From Nemertoderma westbladi (taxonomy: Eukaryota > Animalia > Xenacoelomorpha), in contig JAUCBJ010005420.1 of the NCBI GenBank assembly GCA_032718475.1, positions 1 through 36,031 on the forward strand: a DNA stretch of 36,031 bases. Reading direction: 5' to 3'. Shown piece after piece: positions 21,929-32,828 of this stretch. A model generated the notes under the pieces. It was not told where the DNA came from. It did no database searches and worked only from the letters and a program-made list of their open reading frames with translations. The position numbers and the translations under genes were made by a program. The stretch's first letter is position 1, and each line of letters opens with the position of its first letter.

Positions 21929-22852
21929 CTAGCTGCAGCTGTTCTTCTAGCGAAGAACTGTGCTGTACAGGGTAGGTACCGGCACCTGTCTGCCTGAGTG
22001 CCTGTACAGCAGTAATCATACAACAGAAAAAAGAAAGGCGAGCGAAGCGAGTTGAAATTTTTAAACAGCTAATGCAATTTTAAGGCACTTTGTACAGTTG
22101 TAAATTGTTAAAGCAACAAATCGGCGCCGGTTTTTATTTTTGGGAGCACCACGCGCCAAACTGCCAAAGCCGGCTGCCGGCGCGCTTTACGATTTTCGAG
22201 CGCGCCACGCGCTGACGCGCCACATTGGCGTGCTTTTATTGTAAAGCGCGCCCGATTAATCCGGCGCAAAGCAGCAGTGTATGGATTCAAGTCTGGAGAC
22301 CGCTATGCTACCCGTACCGTACAGCAGTTAGGCAGTACTGCAGTATGCAGTAGGCTAGTCAGCTGCGAGCTGGTCCTGGCTGCCTGGTACAGTCAGACAG
22401 TGGTAGGCCTGTAGGCGTAGGATGTCAGATGTCAGGATGTAGGAGTAGAAATACAGAATACACAACAATAACAAACAGCAAGACAGCAGCAGGCTATGCA
22501 GTACGAGACGTATGCAGTAGGCCTACAGTCAGACAGTCAGACGGTTGAAAGAATACCGGTCCGGTAGGCCTACTGCAGTACTGTATTACTGCTGTACTGT
22601 ACAGTTGCAACAGCTGTACAGGCTGACAGGCAGACAGGTACTGAGGTACAGATACAGTATTCTTTATGACAGACTGACACACTGATTAGTAATTTTCAAT
22701 TTATGACAGGATGACCGATGACTCAAACCAAAGTTCATTAAACTGTTAAAATTGTAAGAAGTATCGGAAGACCGGTAGGGCTACCAGTAGTTTACTCTCA
22801 GTTGGTCTCATCTCACAACCTGAACCTGACATCACAAAGTACCGTTAATGTA

Positions 22853-24093
22853 TTAATTAATTAATGATCGTTATAATAAATCGTTAATTAATGACCAAAT
22901 TATCCAAAAATCAAACAGCATCAAATTTTTGGGAATCATCATTGATGAAAATTTATCTTGGAAACCACAACTCCTGAAATTATTTTCTACTGTTAGCAAA
23001 AACATTGGTGTAATAAACAAAGTCAAAGCATTTGCATCTGGCCAAGCCCTACTGTACATTGCCTTTACTACATCTTGATTAATGCATATTTAAATTACTG
23101 TATCGCTGTCTGGGGCCACACATCACTGAACATAGTGCTGACAATACAAGCGACCCAACACCAAGAAACAGACGCAAACGCAAGAACAAACCATCAGAAA
23201 ATACAATGACAAATGGAAATCTCCAAAAGGCTCAAACTAAAATTTTAAATATTATAAACAAACGCAATCCAGAATTTAAACCCCTGACTATTTCCGATAT
23301 GTACGTTGAGAGCATTGCGTTGATCAGCTTTAATGATTTTCAATAATATCCTCCCCCATGATGTCCTACCAAACCTTTTGACCTCAGTGTCGGCTGTTCA
23401 CTCACATAATACGCGCCAATCATCAAACCAAAATTCGTTTCATCAACGGTTTCGCCTCAAAATACGTCGGCAATCTATTTATATTGTTTCCCCGTTGATT
23501 TGGAATAGCCTGCCAACATCTGTAAGAACTTAAAAAAAAACATCATCTTTTGAATGGTCATGGATCTACGCTACGTAGGTTGCTCCAAGGCCTTGAATCC
23601 AAAACTTTAGATTTAGTTTAATTATTTCGCCTACGCTCTACACTACGTCACCTTTTATACATATACATTATAATAATAAATATTTTGCAGTATCAATTTA
23701 GCATGCATGCATACACTACAACAGTAGGATAATTGTCAGCTTATTTTAGTCTAGAATCATAGCATTATTTTATTTAGTAAACTTCCAACCTTAACTTCAA
23801 CTTAAATTTTGCAGTCCAGGGTCAGTACTTAGTAATTAGTACAGTAGGTTCAGTACTTAGAAATTTTTACATAGCTATTTACATTTTTTTTATATACTTA
23901 GGCCTAATGGTGGATAGTGTAATGGGACTACCCGTCTGTCCACCATCTGCACATTGCATGTATGATACCGTGAACACTAAATAGTTATTATTATTTTATT
24001 TACTCCCAGTTTCACAATTATTATATTAAATTATGTATTATTCAATTTATTGCATGTCTTTGTGCGGTAAATGTTGATGAATAAGAATAAGAA
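22853..24093 (+). mobile_element. 5'-truncated, frameshifted CR1-group (Crack/Daphne-like) LINE
   Basis: Translates to INDQIIQKSNSIKFLGIIIDENLSWKPQ...SKNIGVI...YLNYCIAVWG and HSHNTRQSSN...PLIWNSLP; (gaataa)n tail; 7-bp TSD taatgta at 22846-22852 and 24094-24100. Confidence 0.85.
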
Positions 24094-24268
24094 TAATGTA
24101 CAACATACAAGATGATAAGTCATACGTAAGTACAGTACAGTGTAGGCTAAGGCTACAACACAACAGTAGGGTCTCCCTAAAACCTGGTCCTCCACTCCGG
24201 TCCCAATGATAGACTACAAGGAATTGGTCCAGCAATTAATAGGACCGGGTAAACTGGTAAATAATGAT

Positions 24269-24427
24269 GTAATGTAAATGGTTTTGTTCAGAAATGGAAA
24301 AAATCAGAAAGCGCGTCACCGGGGGTTGAAACAGCGCTATACGTACAGCTCATGGGTTATATGGGATCAACCCCCGTTGACGCGCTTTCTCATTTTTTCC
24401 ACATCTGAACAAAACCATTTACATTAC
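24269..24427. mobile_element. Small MITE (~159 bp, ~60-bp arms)
   Basis: gtaatgtaaatggttttgttcag...gcgcgtcaccgggggttga vs tcaacccccgttgacgcgc...ctgaacaaaaccatttacattac; TA at both ends may be the TSD. Confidence 0.85.
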
Positions 24428-25829
24428 TGTCGCGACTGGAGCTTATAGAACGTTCGTGAATTACGTAACGTGACATAATTTACAGTAGCATTCATTCATT
24501 TGATAATATTATGGTAATTTAGGCGTCATATTTTATTGTTACATTGAATTTAAGCATTAGCTTCCATTGGTTGTAGGAATAATCTGGAGCCAATATTTTC
24601 CTTGTAGAGTAGGTTGGGTTTTATTGGACGGAAGTTCCTTTCGGGATTGGGGTGGGTGAATTGGATTGCCTTTGTGTTCGAGGCAGTGGAGGAGTCATAT
24701 TGATGGGGGGACTGTCACGATTGGAGCTTATAGAACGTTCGTGAATTACGTAACGTGACATTATTTTGCATTTATTCATTTGATAATATTATGGTAAATT
24801 AGGCGTCATATTTTTATGTTAATAATATGTTTGATTATTTAGTTAATTTAGGCACCTTGTTCTGAATACCGTTCATATTAGATTATTCCCATAAAGTATC
24901 TTGGGAATCTTACATTGATTTATTACATTTATTTATTCTGAAGTGATGTAATTTATACAATATTATGTATTTATTGTAGAATATTTGATTTAATGTTTAT
25001 AGAGTATCTGATTTAAAGTTTGGTGAGTTTCTGATGGTATTTAGCAGTAATACTATTGCTTGGTGTAGGCTTGCTTGCCTTCGTAATTATTGCGTTAGTT
25101 GAGTATAGATTATTTTGTGTTGTTCAGTAGTTATACTAAATTTAATCATTATTAGCTTCCGTTGGTTGTAGGAATAACAGTTCCGCCCGTGCCAACATTT
25201 TCGTTGTTTTTTTTCAACAAATTTTCATGCTTTTTTGTCAGTTTTTTTTCTTGATAAATGTTCTTGAACGTATATTGAGTGTTCTAGAACTTTGATAAAT
25301 AGTTCTAGAACATTTTAATTTTTAATTTTCGAGAAAATAATTTTCTTTTAAAAAGAAAATTAGTAATAAAATTGTTAAATTTTATTAGTTTTTATGCTAT
25401 TTTGCCTGATTTTTTATTGATAAGAGTTCTAGAATATTTATTAAATATTCTAGAACTCGTACCAAATTTTCTAGAACATTTTTATTAACAAATTCAATGA
25501 AAAAAATTCTAGAATATTTGTTCTTTTAAAAAAAAAACCATAACGATAGCATTCTAGAACATTTTTTAAAATATTAGCTAGGGCTATTATTGAATACGTA
25601 GACCTACACTATAATTGCATCAATAGTGAATCATCGACATCGAATTTTTACTAACTATAACTAGATATACTGTATATATTAATTATACAAAAAATGTGTT
25701 AAAAAACAAAAAATATAATTTTAAAAAATGTTCTAGAACAAAAAATAATATGTTCTAGAACGTTATTTTAACAAAAAATAATTCGAAATATCCTAGAATA
25801 CTTCACACTAACATTAAAAAGTAGTAGCT

Positions 25830-28118
25830 TGTTGCAAAGTAGTTTGTAAAGTTGCTTGTAGTGCACTTGTTGAAAAGTGCACGAAATCTCAGCCCATGGC
25901 AAAGTGGTACAATAATTCAATAATGGAGGCTAAAAGGAAGCGAAGGAGACTCGAGCGCCGGTATAGAAAGACTCAACTTCAGATAGACTGTGATGCTTAC
26001 AGGCAACAATGTAATGTCGTGGCACAGCTATTAATATCAACAAAAGAGAAATTCTACAGGGGTATTATTGATTCAAACATTGGTGATAATAGAAAGCTCT
26101 TCTCAGTGGTTGACAAAATTCTTCACCGTAAAAGTAATGTCCTACCGACTCATGACTCTGCATATGAGTTAGCTGAAAGGTTTGCAGTCTACTTCGACAA
26201 AAAGATTGAAAATATTCGCGATGAAATGCTGGGTGTTGATATCGAACTTCGACAAAATCTGCCAAATCAGACTATGAACTGCGGAAGTGCTGAATCTGAG
26301 GTTGGGGCCAAGGTAGCCCCTGATGAAGAGTATTGTAGCCCAACTGACTCTCAATTCTCTTTTTCAGTACCAAAACTTGATCACTTCGAGGAAATATCAA
26401 CTGATGATGTTGCCAAGCTTATCAAAGATTCAAAACCCAAATCCAGTCCCCGTGATCCACTCCCTACACATATTGTGAAGCAATACCTTACAACTCTCTT
26501 AAGTGTCATTACAATGATAATTAATTTATCACTCACAACTGCTACATTCCCATCATTATTTAAAGAAGCTGTGCTCAATCCCATTATCAAGAAGCTACGC
26601 CTTGACCCCGAGATACTGAAAAACTTTAGACCTGTTTCAAACCTCTTGTTCATTTCGAAGTTAGTTGAAAAAGCTGTTGCAAACCAACTGATGCTCCATC
26701 TGAACTTACATAATCTACACGAGCCTATGCAAAGTGCCTATAGACCATTCCATGGAACCGAAACTGCACTCCTTAGGGTCAGCGATGAGATTCTGAGGGG
26801 AATTGATGATGGTTGTGCAGTACTGTTAATAATGCTCGATCTCAGTGCTGCATTTGATACTGTCGAACACAGTATCTTATTAAATACTCTGGAACATGAG
26901 ATCGGCATTGCAGGGACAGCACTAGATTGGTTTCGATCCTACTTGTTGGGCCGCTCACAACAAGTACGCATTAACAACTCATATTCTCAACCTCAGCAAT
27001 TAAGATACGGCCTCCCACAAGGATCAGTACTTGGCCCAATACTATTTACTATTTATACACGTTCACTCGCAAATGTGATAAGGAAATACGGACTGTCCCT
27101 ACATCTCTACGCAGATGATACTCAAATATACATAACATTTAAGAAATCAAACCTGAATGATGCAGTGGATATCACTGAAAAGTGCCTTTCCGAAGTTCGA
27201 GCATGGATGGACTCACATCTTTTAAAGATGAACTCAGATAAGACTAAAGTGGTCATGCTGCAGTCGCAATTCGGTAAACAAGTTGAATCCCCGCACGTGA
27301 TAAAATCGGTTCCGAGACTATTGGTTGTAGCGCAACTGCGCGTAATATCGGTGTTGAAATCGATTCTCATCTGACACTCCGCAAGCACATTGGAATTACT
27401 GTCAGAGAAGCATTCTATCACTTCAGGAATCTTGGAAAAATTAAGCGCTATTTATCCAAAGATAATCTTGAGATTTTGATTCATGCGCTTGTCACAAGTA
27501 AATTGGACAACTGCAACTCCCTTTATTACGGTCTTCCGACTGATTCCATTAAAAAGCTACAATATGTGCAGAACTGTGCGGCGCGTCTTTTAGTTGGTCT
27601 CAAGAAAAGTGACAGGCAACGAATGACCCCTGTACTAATGCGACTACATTGGCTTCCAGTGCAACATCGGATAGACTATAAAATTGCTATGATTACCTAC
27701 AAGTGTCTGAATGGAACAGCACCAGTATATCTGCGAGATCTACTGTCACCCTACACGCCCTCCCGGTCACTGAAGTCATCCCACTACGAACTGCTGGTGA
27801 TCCCTAGATTCAACATGGTGCACTACGGCAAGCGCGCTTTCTCAGTTGCTGCCCCGACTATTTGGAACAAACTGCCAATCAACGTTTCGACAATCACCAA
27901 CCATCGCGGTTTTTAAGTCGAGGCTAAAAACACACTACTTCCACCTGGAGTACGAGTAAATCTGCATAATCATGTTCACACGATGTTATCAATGTCCGTT
28001 TTTAATTAAACTGTTTTTATCTAATTTTTTAGCAATCCTACATTTTAACAGTGCCATGCGCCTTGCTCTTAATTTAGGAAAGGCGCTATATAAATATTTT
28101 AATTATTATTATTATTAT
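25830..28118 (+). mobile_element. 5'-truncated L2-clade LINE
   Basis: RT-bearing ORF2 remnant; 3' stem-loop gcgcctt...aaggcgc followed by tatataaat and a (tta)n tail; possible TSD tagct (25825-25829, 28119-28123). Confidence 0.92.
25896..27959 (+). pseudogene. L2 ORF2 reverse transcriptase, lacking the endonuclease, with two frameshifts
   Basis: FRPVSNL, LDLSAAFDTVEH, GLPQGSVLGP, YADDTQIY; after a frameshift at ~27300 ARNIGVEID...HALVTSKLDNCNSL...LHWLPV...RAFSVAAPTIWNKLP; after a second at ~27895 FKSRLKTHYF and stop at 27957-27959. Confidence 0.92.
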
Positions 28119-28329
28119 TAGCTACAGTAGTACACTATACACAATTTAGAGCAAAATGAAAATGTTGGCACGGACGGAACTCTAGCCAGGAATAATCTGC
28201 GGCCAATATTTTCCTTGTAGAGTAGGTTGGGTTTTATTGGACGGAAGTTCCTTTCGGGAGTGGGGTGGGTGAATTGGATTGCCTTTGCTGTATGTTTACT
28301 TCACCTATTGTTGTAACTATAGTTCGGCG

Positions 28330-28457
28330 CAGTTGGCGGTACGGCTAATGTCGCGTTACGTACGGCTAATTTTCAGAGTGCCGTAACGCGACTTTGAAAG
28401 TCGCGGTACGACTACTCAAAATGTCGCGTTACGTATAATTGTCGCGTTACGGCTAAT
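28330..28457. repeat. Cluster of gtcgcgttacg(gctaat) motifs in both orientations (transposon subterminal-like)
   Basis: About five copies of gtcgcg[tg]tacg plus the inverted ccgtaacgcgac. Confidence 0.55.
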
Positions 28458-28772
28458 CTATTGTCTTGCTACATATGGAATCATTATCAATATTATTCTA
28501 TGGTGATTACGTACAGATGAGAGTTCAAAAAATTTAATGTAATAATGTTTTACAGCATGGGAGTATCCGGGGGGGGGGGGGGGGGGGGATTTTAACTAAA
28601 AAAAACGTAATTTATTAATTACTATATTATTATTGTTGTATTGAGTACCACAGTACACTGTACCATAGGTATATTGGTAGAAAGTATAATTTTAATAATA
28701 TTTTAATAATTATCAAATTGTTCCAAGTCAAAAAAAGCCCGTTATCTTAGTATTCTTACTTACTATCTTACT

Positions 28773-29520
28773 ATTGTTGCTCATCATTTTTTCTCGTTGT
28801 TGTACTTTATTATTGCTCGTTGTTGCCCATTGTTGCTCGTTGTTGCTCATTGTTGCTCATTGTTGCTCGTTGTTGCTCATTGTTGCTCGTTGTTGTACTT
28901 TATTATTGCTCATAGTTGCTCGTTGTTGCTCATTATTGCTCGTTGTTGCTCGTTGTTGCTCATTGTTGCTCATTGTTGGTCATTGTTGCTCGTTGTTGGT
29001 CATTGTTGCTCATTGTTGTACTTTATTATTGCTCATTGTTGCTCATTGTTGCTCGTTGTTACTTATTGTTGCTCGTTGTTGCTCATTGTTGCTCGTTGTT
29101 GCTCATTGTTCCTCATTGTTGGTCATTGTTGCTCATTGTTACTCGTAGCAAAGCAAAAGCAAACAGTCGGCCGAAGCCGGAGGCGACCCGAAGGCTCCTC
29201 TTTCGATAGCTGCTACCCGAGGGTAGGGGTGGGCGCTACTCCTATCCCAAGATTTGCTCCCAGTTATTTAACTGGTACACGTTGTTGTACTTTATTATTG
29301 CTCATTTGTTGCTCGTTGTTGCTTATTGCTGCTCATTGTTGCTCGTTGTTGCTCATTTTTGCTCATTGTTGCCCATTGTTGCTCATTGTTGCTCGTTGTT
29401 GCTCATTGTTGCTCGTTGTTGGTTGTTGTTCCTCGTTGTTGCTCATTGTTGCTCGTTGTTGCTCATTGTTGCTCGTTGTTGCTCATTGTTGCTCGTTGTT
29501 GGTCATTGTTGCTCGTTGTG
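28773..29520. repeat. 10-bp minisatellite (ttgttgctc[ag])n
   Basis: gctcattgtt / gctcgttgtt tandem array with a recurring gtactttattatt variant; interrupted at 29147-29275. Confidence 0.95.
29147..29275 (-). mobile_element. 5'-truncated SINE 3' end inserted in the minisatellite
   Basis: Minus strand ggagtagcgcccacccctaccctcgggtagcagctatcgaaagaggagccttcgggtcgcc followed by a (tttgc)n tail; near-TSD tactcgt (29140-29146) / tacacgt (29276-29282). Confidence 0.7.
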
Positions 29521-30051
29521 CATTATAGCACCTACCTAAAAACACACTGTTTGTTAGAAATGTATCTTCTCCTACAATTCTAAACGATATAAAGCGAAAT
29601 TTTGCATAAAGCATATCCAATAGATGCTCCCTATGGGGTGTCAACGGAATTTGATTGAGTGAATTCTACGATTATGATCGGTCATTCTAGTATTAATTTC
29701 ACTGTTGCTAGGCAACCAACAGGTCCCTCGCAAGCAAAACCTTGCATACACAACTAGGTCCGATAATGAACCTATCATCAAAGTTTCATCCAATTCCATC
29801 AACATTAAGTGCAAGAATTTGTGTGTACAAACAAACAAACAAACAAAAACAAACAAACACGCGTGAGAAATAAGGACATCCACTTCTTGGATCCGTCCAA
29901 AATAATACTTGTGACGGGATCCTGTGTTGGCCTCGGGATCCCAACCATTCGACTTTGTGAATGTGTTGCTACGCGCTGCCCAGGCTTATACCTCTTGATG
30001 GATTGAGTGGCCGGAAGGCCCGGTAAAACTAAAGAGTTTATCTTAGTGCTG

Positions 30052-30740
30052 ATATTAATGAGGGGCGAGCCTCGAAGTGAGCGAAGCCTTAGCATATGGG
30101 TGCCATAACGAGTGGTCTGTCGTCCTCGTCTGTCGTCGTCGTCGTCTGTCGTCGTAAATTTTTGATCGATAATAACTCAGTTATTCCTTGATGAAATTAA
30201 ACGAGACTTGGTACGTATGTAGTCCGGTAAAAGTTTAGAAAGAATCGGATGTTTGGTAAAAAACGAACGAACGCAAGTTACAGTGGACACGAGTAGGCTT
30301 ATCCATCTGCCATAAATCAGCAGTTACACTCACAGTTTCGAGACTTTACATAGTTATAAAGGTCGTTATTCTCCGTTTAGGAAAGTTATTTTAAGACAAA
30401 ACAAGACGAGCGCAACGAGGCTAATAAAGGAAAAGAGTATTGTAAAACTAAAAATGCCATACTTAACTTAAATAGCCCTAGTTAGAAGGTTTACAAATGA
30501 CAGTTAATGTGTGTAAGGGCAAACTGAAATGGATCTCTGTTTTTACAACTAGTTTATCACAAACTGATAACATCGCCTTCACTCATATATATTTTGGGAA
30601 AATTATATATACGTATATATATATTATACATATATATACATATATATATATATATACATATATTCGTATATCTAATAGAGATTAGTATAATGTACTCTCT
30701 AATATAGGCTCTCGTGCTGCGCGAAGGCCCCACGAACGTG
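30052..30740 (+). mobile_element. Helentron-associated (HINE/DINE-1-like) non-autonomous element
   Basis: 5' gcgagcctcgaagtgagcgaagcc, then a (gtc)n/ctgtc microsatellite, an internal (TA)-rich tract, and a 3' imperfect hairpin tcgtg...cgaagg..cacga followed by tt. Confidence 0.45.
30604..30672. repeat. Imperfect (TA)n microsatellite
   Basis: tatatatacgtatatatat...tatatatacatatat. Confidence 0.9.
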
Positions 30741-31488
30741 TTCCAATGTTGACTGTACGATCGACCGGTAGCTGTTATTAGGACAATTGTAATAAGGTGC
30801 CTAGCACAGCGGTGGAAACTATTCACTCCTTACCACTGATAAATTGCCAAATGGGTATTAATGATCACAGACTGGTTTAAATACAGGTAATAATAATATT
30901 GCGGCCATCAGGCTTTCTCACCATATGGCGGCCTTCGGAAAGCACTCCCATTGGTAGCCTTACAAGTCACCCCATATACAGTAGCTGTCCCCATCTACTC
31001 CATTGTCCGAGAATAAAAAATATATAAAAAAATATATCAGGTTTTATATTCATCTTTTGGTTTCTCCTATTGGATTGTACTTCTGGCCAATATTGCTAAA
31101 TTGGCTCCCCCCATTTTGTTGGTTTGGAGCGCATAGGGGAGTGAATCCGATAACAATACTGGAACTACGTAAATAATCAAATATGCCCGTTACAAATAAA
31201 ATATTTCTGACGGATATTTTACATACTGTACAACAAAAAAAGGTCAAGGTTAGAATTCTGCAGGGTCAATAGAAAATGGTGTTATGGCAAATTATTGCAA
31301 AATTCACAATTGATTTTGGCATCCGACGGATTCGGAATCAGCGCACTCGAGTTAGCTTAAACCCCGTTAGAACCAATAAAAAAGAGCACTATAGTTTCCT
31401 ATGGAGAGTATACTGTAGTTCTATGGGGACCCAAGACATACTGTAATACGACCTTGCAAGCTGCAGCAGCCCACTAATTTTAGTGGAC

Positions 31489-31604
31489 ACTGTTGTATCC
31501 TAAGCCTACTGTACTTACTTATCATCTTGTATGTTGTACATTAACGGTAGGCCTAGTTTGTGATGTCAAGAATTCAGGATGTGAGTTGAGACCAATGAGA
31601 GTAA
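31489..31604 (-). repeat. Uninterrupted, inverted copy of the short repeat split by the LINE at 22853-24093
   Basis: Reverse complement matches 22792-22852 joined to 24101-24167, with a single taatgta (tacatta at 31537-31543). Confidence 0.85.
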
Positions 31605-32828
31605 TCACCAATTTTAGTGGGCCGGCTTTGTATTTACTTATAAACTGATGGTTATACGGATATACTGTAGTTACACTCCCCATCCCCATTCCATTTTTTA
31701 TCCATGGTGATATGAATGAACAAGTTTTTTTCTTATTGGAAAAACAAGCTGCGAAACTCAGACTGCACCATAAACCTGCACGGAATGGTTTTTTTTTAAT
31801 ATAACATTATTTTAAATCCTTCCATAGAAAAGGCTTTTAAAAATCACAAATACTGTATAAATAAAAATACAAATTCCGACTCACCCAGTAAGAGGTCGTG
31901 AGATCAAAGTAGGCCTAGCTCCGATTCAAGTTACAGTACGTCATTAAGACTTCGAAAAGGTTTGGGTGGTTTCCAAGTCACTGAATATATATCCGAGGCA
32001 ATTGTGTGTGTAAGAATGTAATAATTGTAATGGTAATAATTTGTTGTTTATGAAATTTTAACACCACGGAGAACTCAAAGAGCGTAACAGACGAAAAATC
32101 AAATATCTAACAATAATAAAATCAATGTATACGATTGTAAAAGAAACAAAGAATATCCCTTAACATTAAATAATATATCAAAGAATGTCAATTAACCTGG
32201 ACAAATAAATAAGAAAATTATGTATGAAATTGACCCCTTTGTTGTCTACGTAATGTGGTAGTAATGTGGTGCGTAGTGTTTCTAGAAAGTATTTATTTTA
32301 TAATTAATGAATAATTGTTAGAAACAAGCCTAAACAGCGCAGTAGGCCTTGCGGCCGGAATTTACTAGGTAACATGAGGGCCAACATTACTTTGTAAGCA
32401 CAATGGAAATTATGAAAAAAATATTTTCGAAAAATTTCAATAGGCCTACATTTGCAATTTAATTTTTGAACCAAGAAAGCATAACGTTAATTATTAGAGT
32501 GCGTTGTGTTCTAATTTGACCTTTTAACAAACTAATTTATACAGGCAATAATTGAATATATTATATAATTATAATGAATAAGTTATTCAGCGTGTTTGTT
32601 ATGTAATTTTGACTCAAGTTAGCTAGTAAATTCCTGCTGCAAGAACTTTTCTTTAAAAAGCTAAAGAACTTTCCTAAGCAATGTTTTGTGAAACGGAGCT
32701 ACGTACAGTACTACAGTATTATAGGTAATGGGATGTTTTTTCGATTTAAGTAAACATTGTAAATAATTTATTTAATCTGTTTCATTTTCTTAATGTTCGG
32801 AAAATATCTGCTGTACAAATAATTGACA

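Larger units (their letters stand above)
25178..28187. mobile_element. Merlin-like non-autonomous DNA transposon, long copy, carrying an L2 insertion
   Basis: cagttccgcccgtgccaacattttc ... gaaaatgttggcacggacggaactctagcc; 8-bp TSD aggaataa at 25170-25177 and 28188-28195; empty site at 24575-24582; left end lacks the 5 terminal nt seen at 6099. Confidence 0.85.
24428..28287 (+). repeat. Pair of LTR-like direct repeats (24428-24674 and 24713-28287, the second interrupted by Merlin + L2)
   Basis: tgtc[ga]cga[ct]tggagcttatagaacgttcgtgaattacgtaacgtgaca at 24428 and 24713; second copy preceded by purine-rich ggggggac; homology resumes at 25151-25177 and 28188-28287. Confidence 0.65.

Noticed and set aside
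28774-29583. Cys/Leu-rich ORFs (85-243 aa) in all three plus frames
   Set aside because: Translation of a stop-free 10-bp minisatellite; the same peptide pattern appears in every frame.
32347-32644. Inverted repeat upstream of the tetraspanin as a regulatory hairpin
   Set aside because: Arms (~32 bp, several mismatches, ~235-bp spacer) look like a decayed MITE; no evidence of function.
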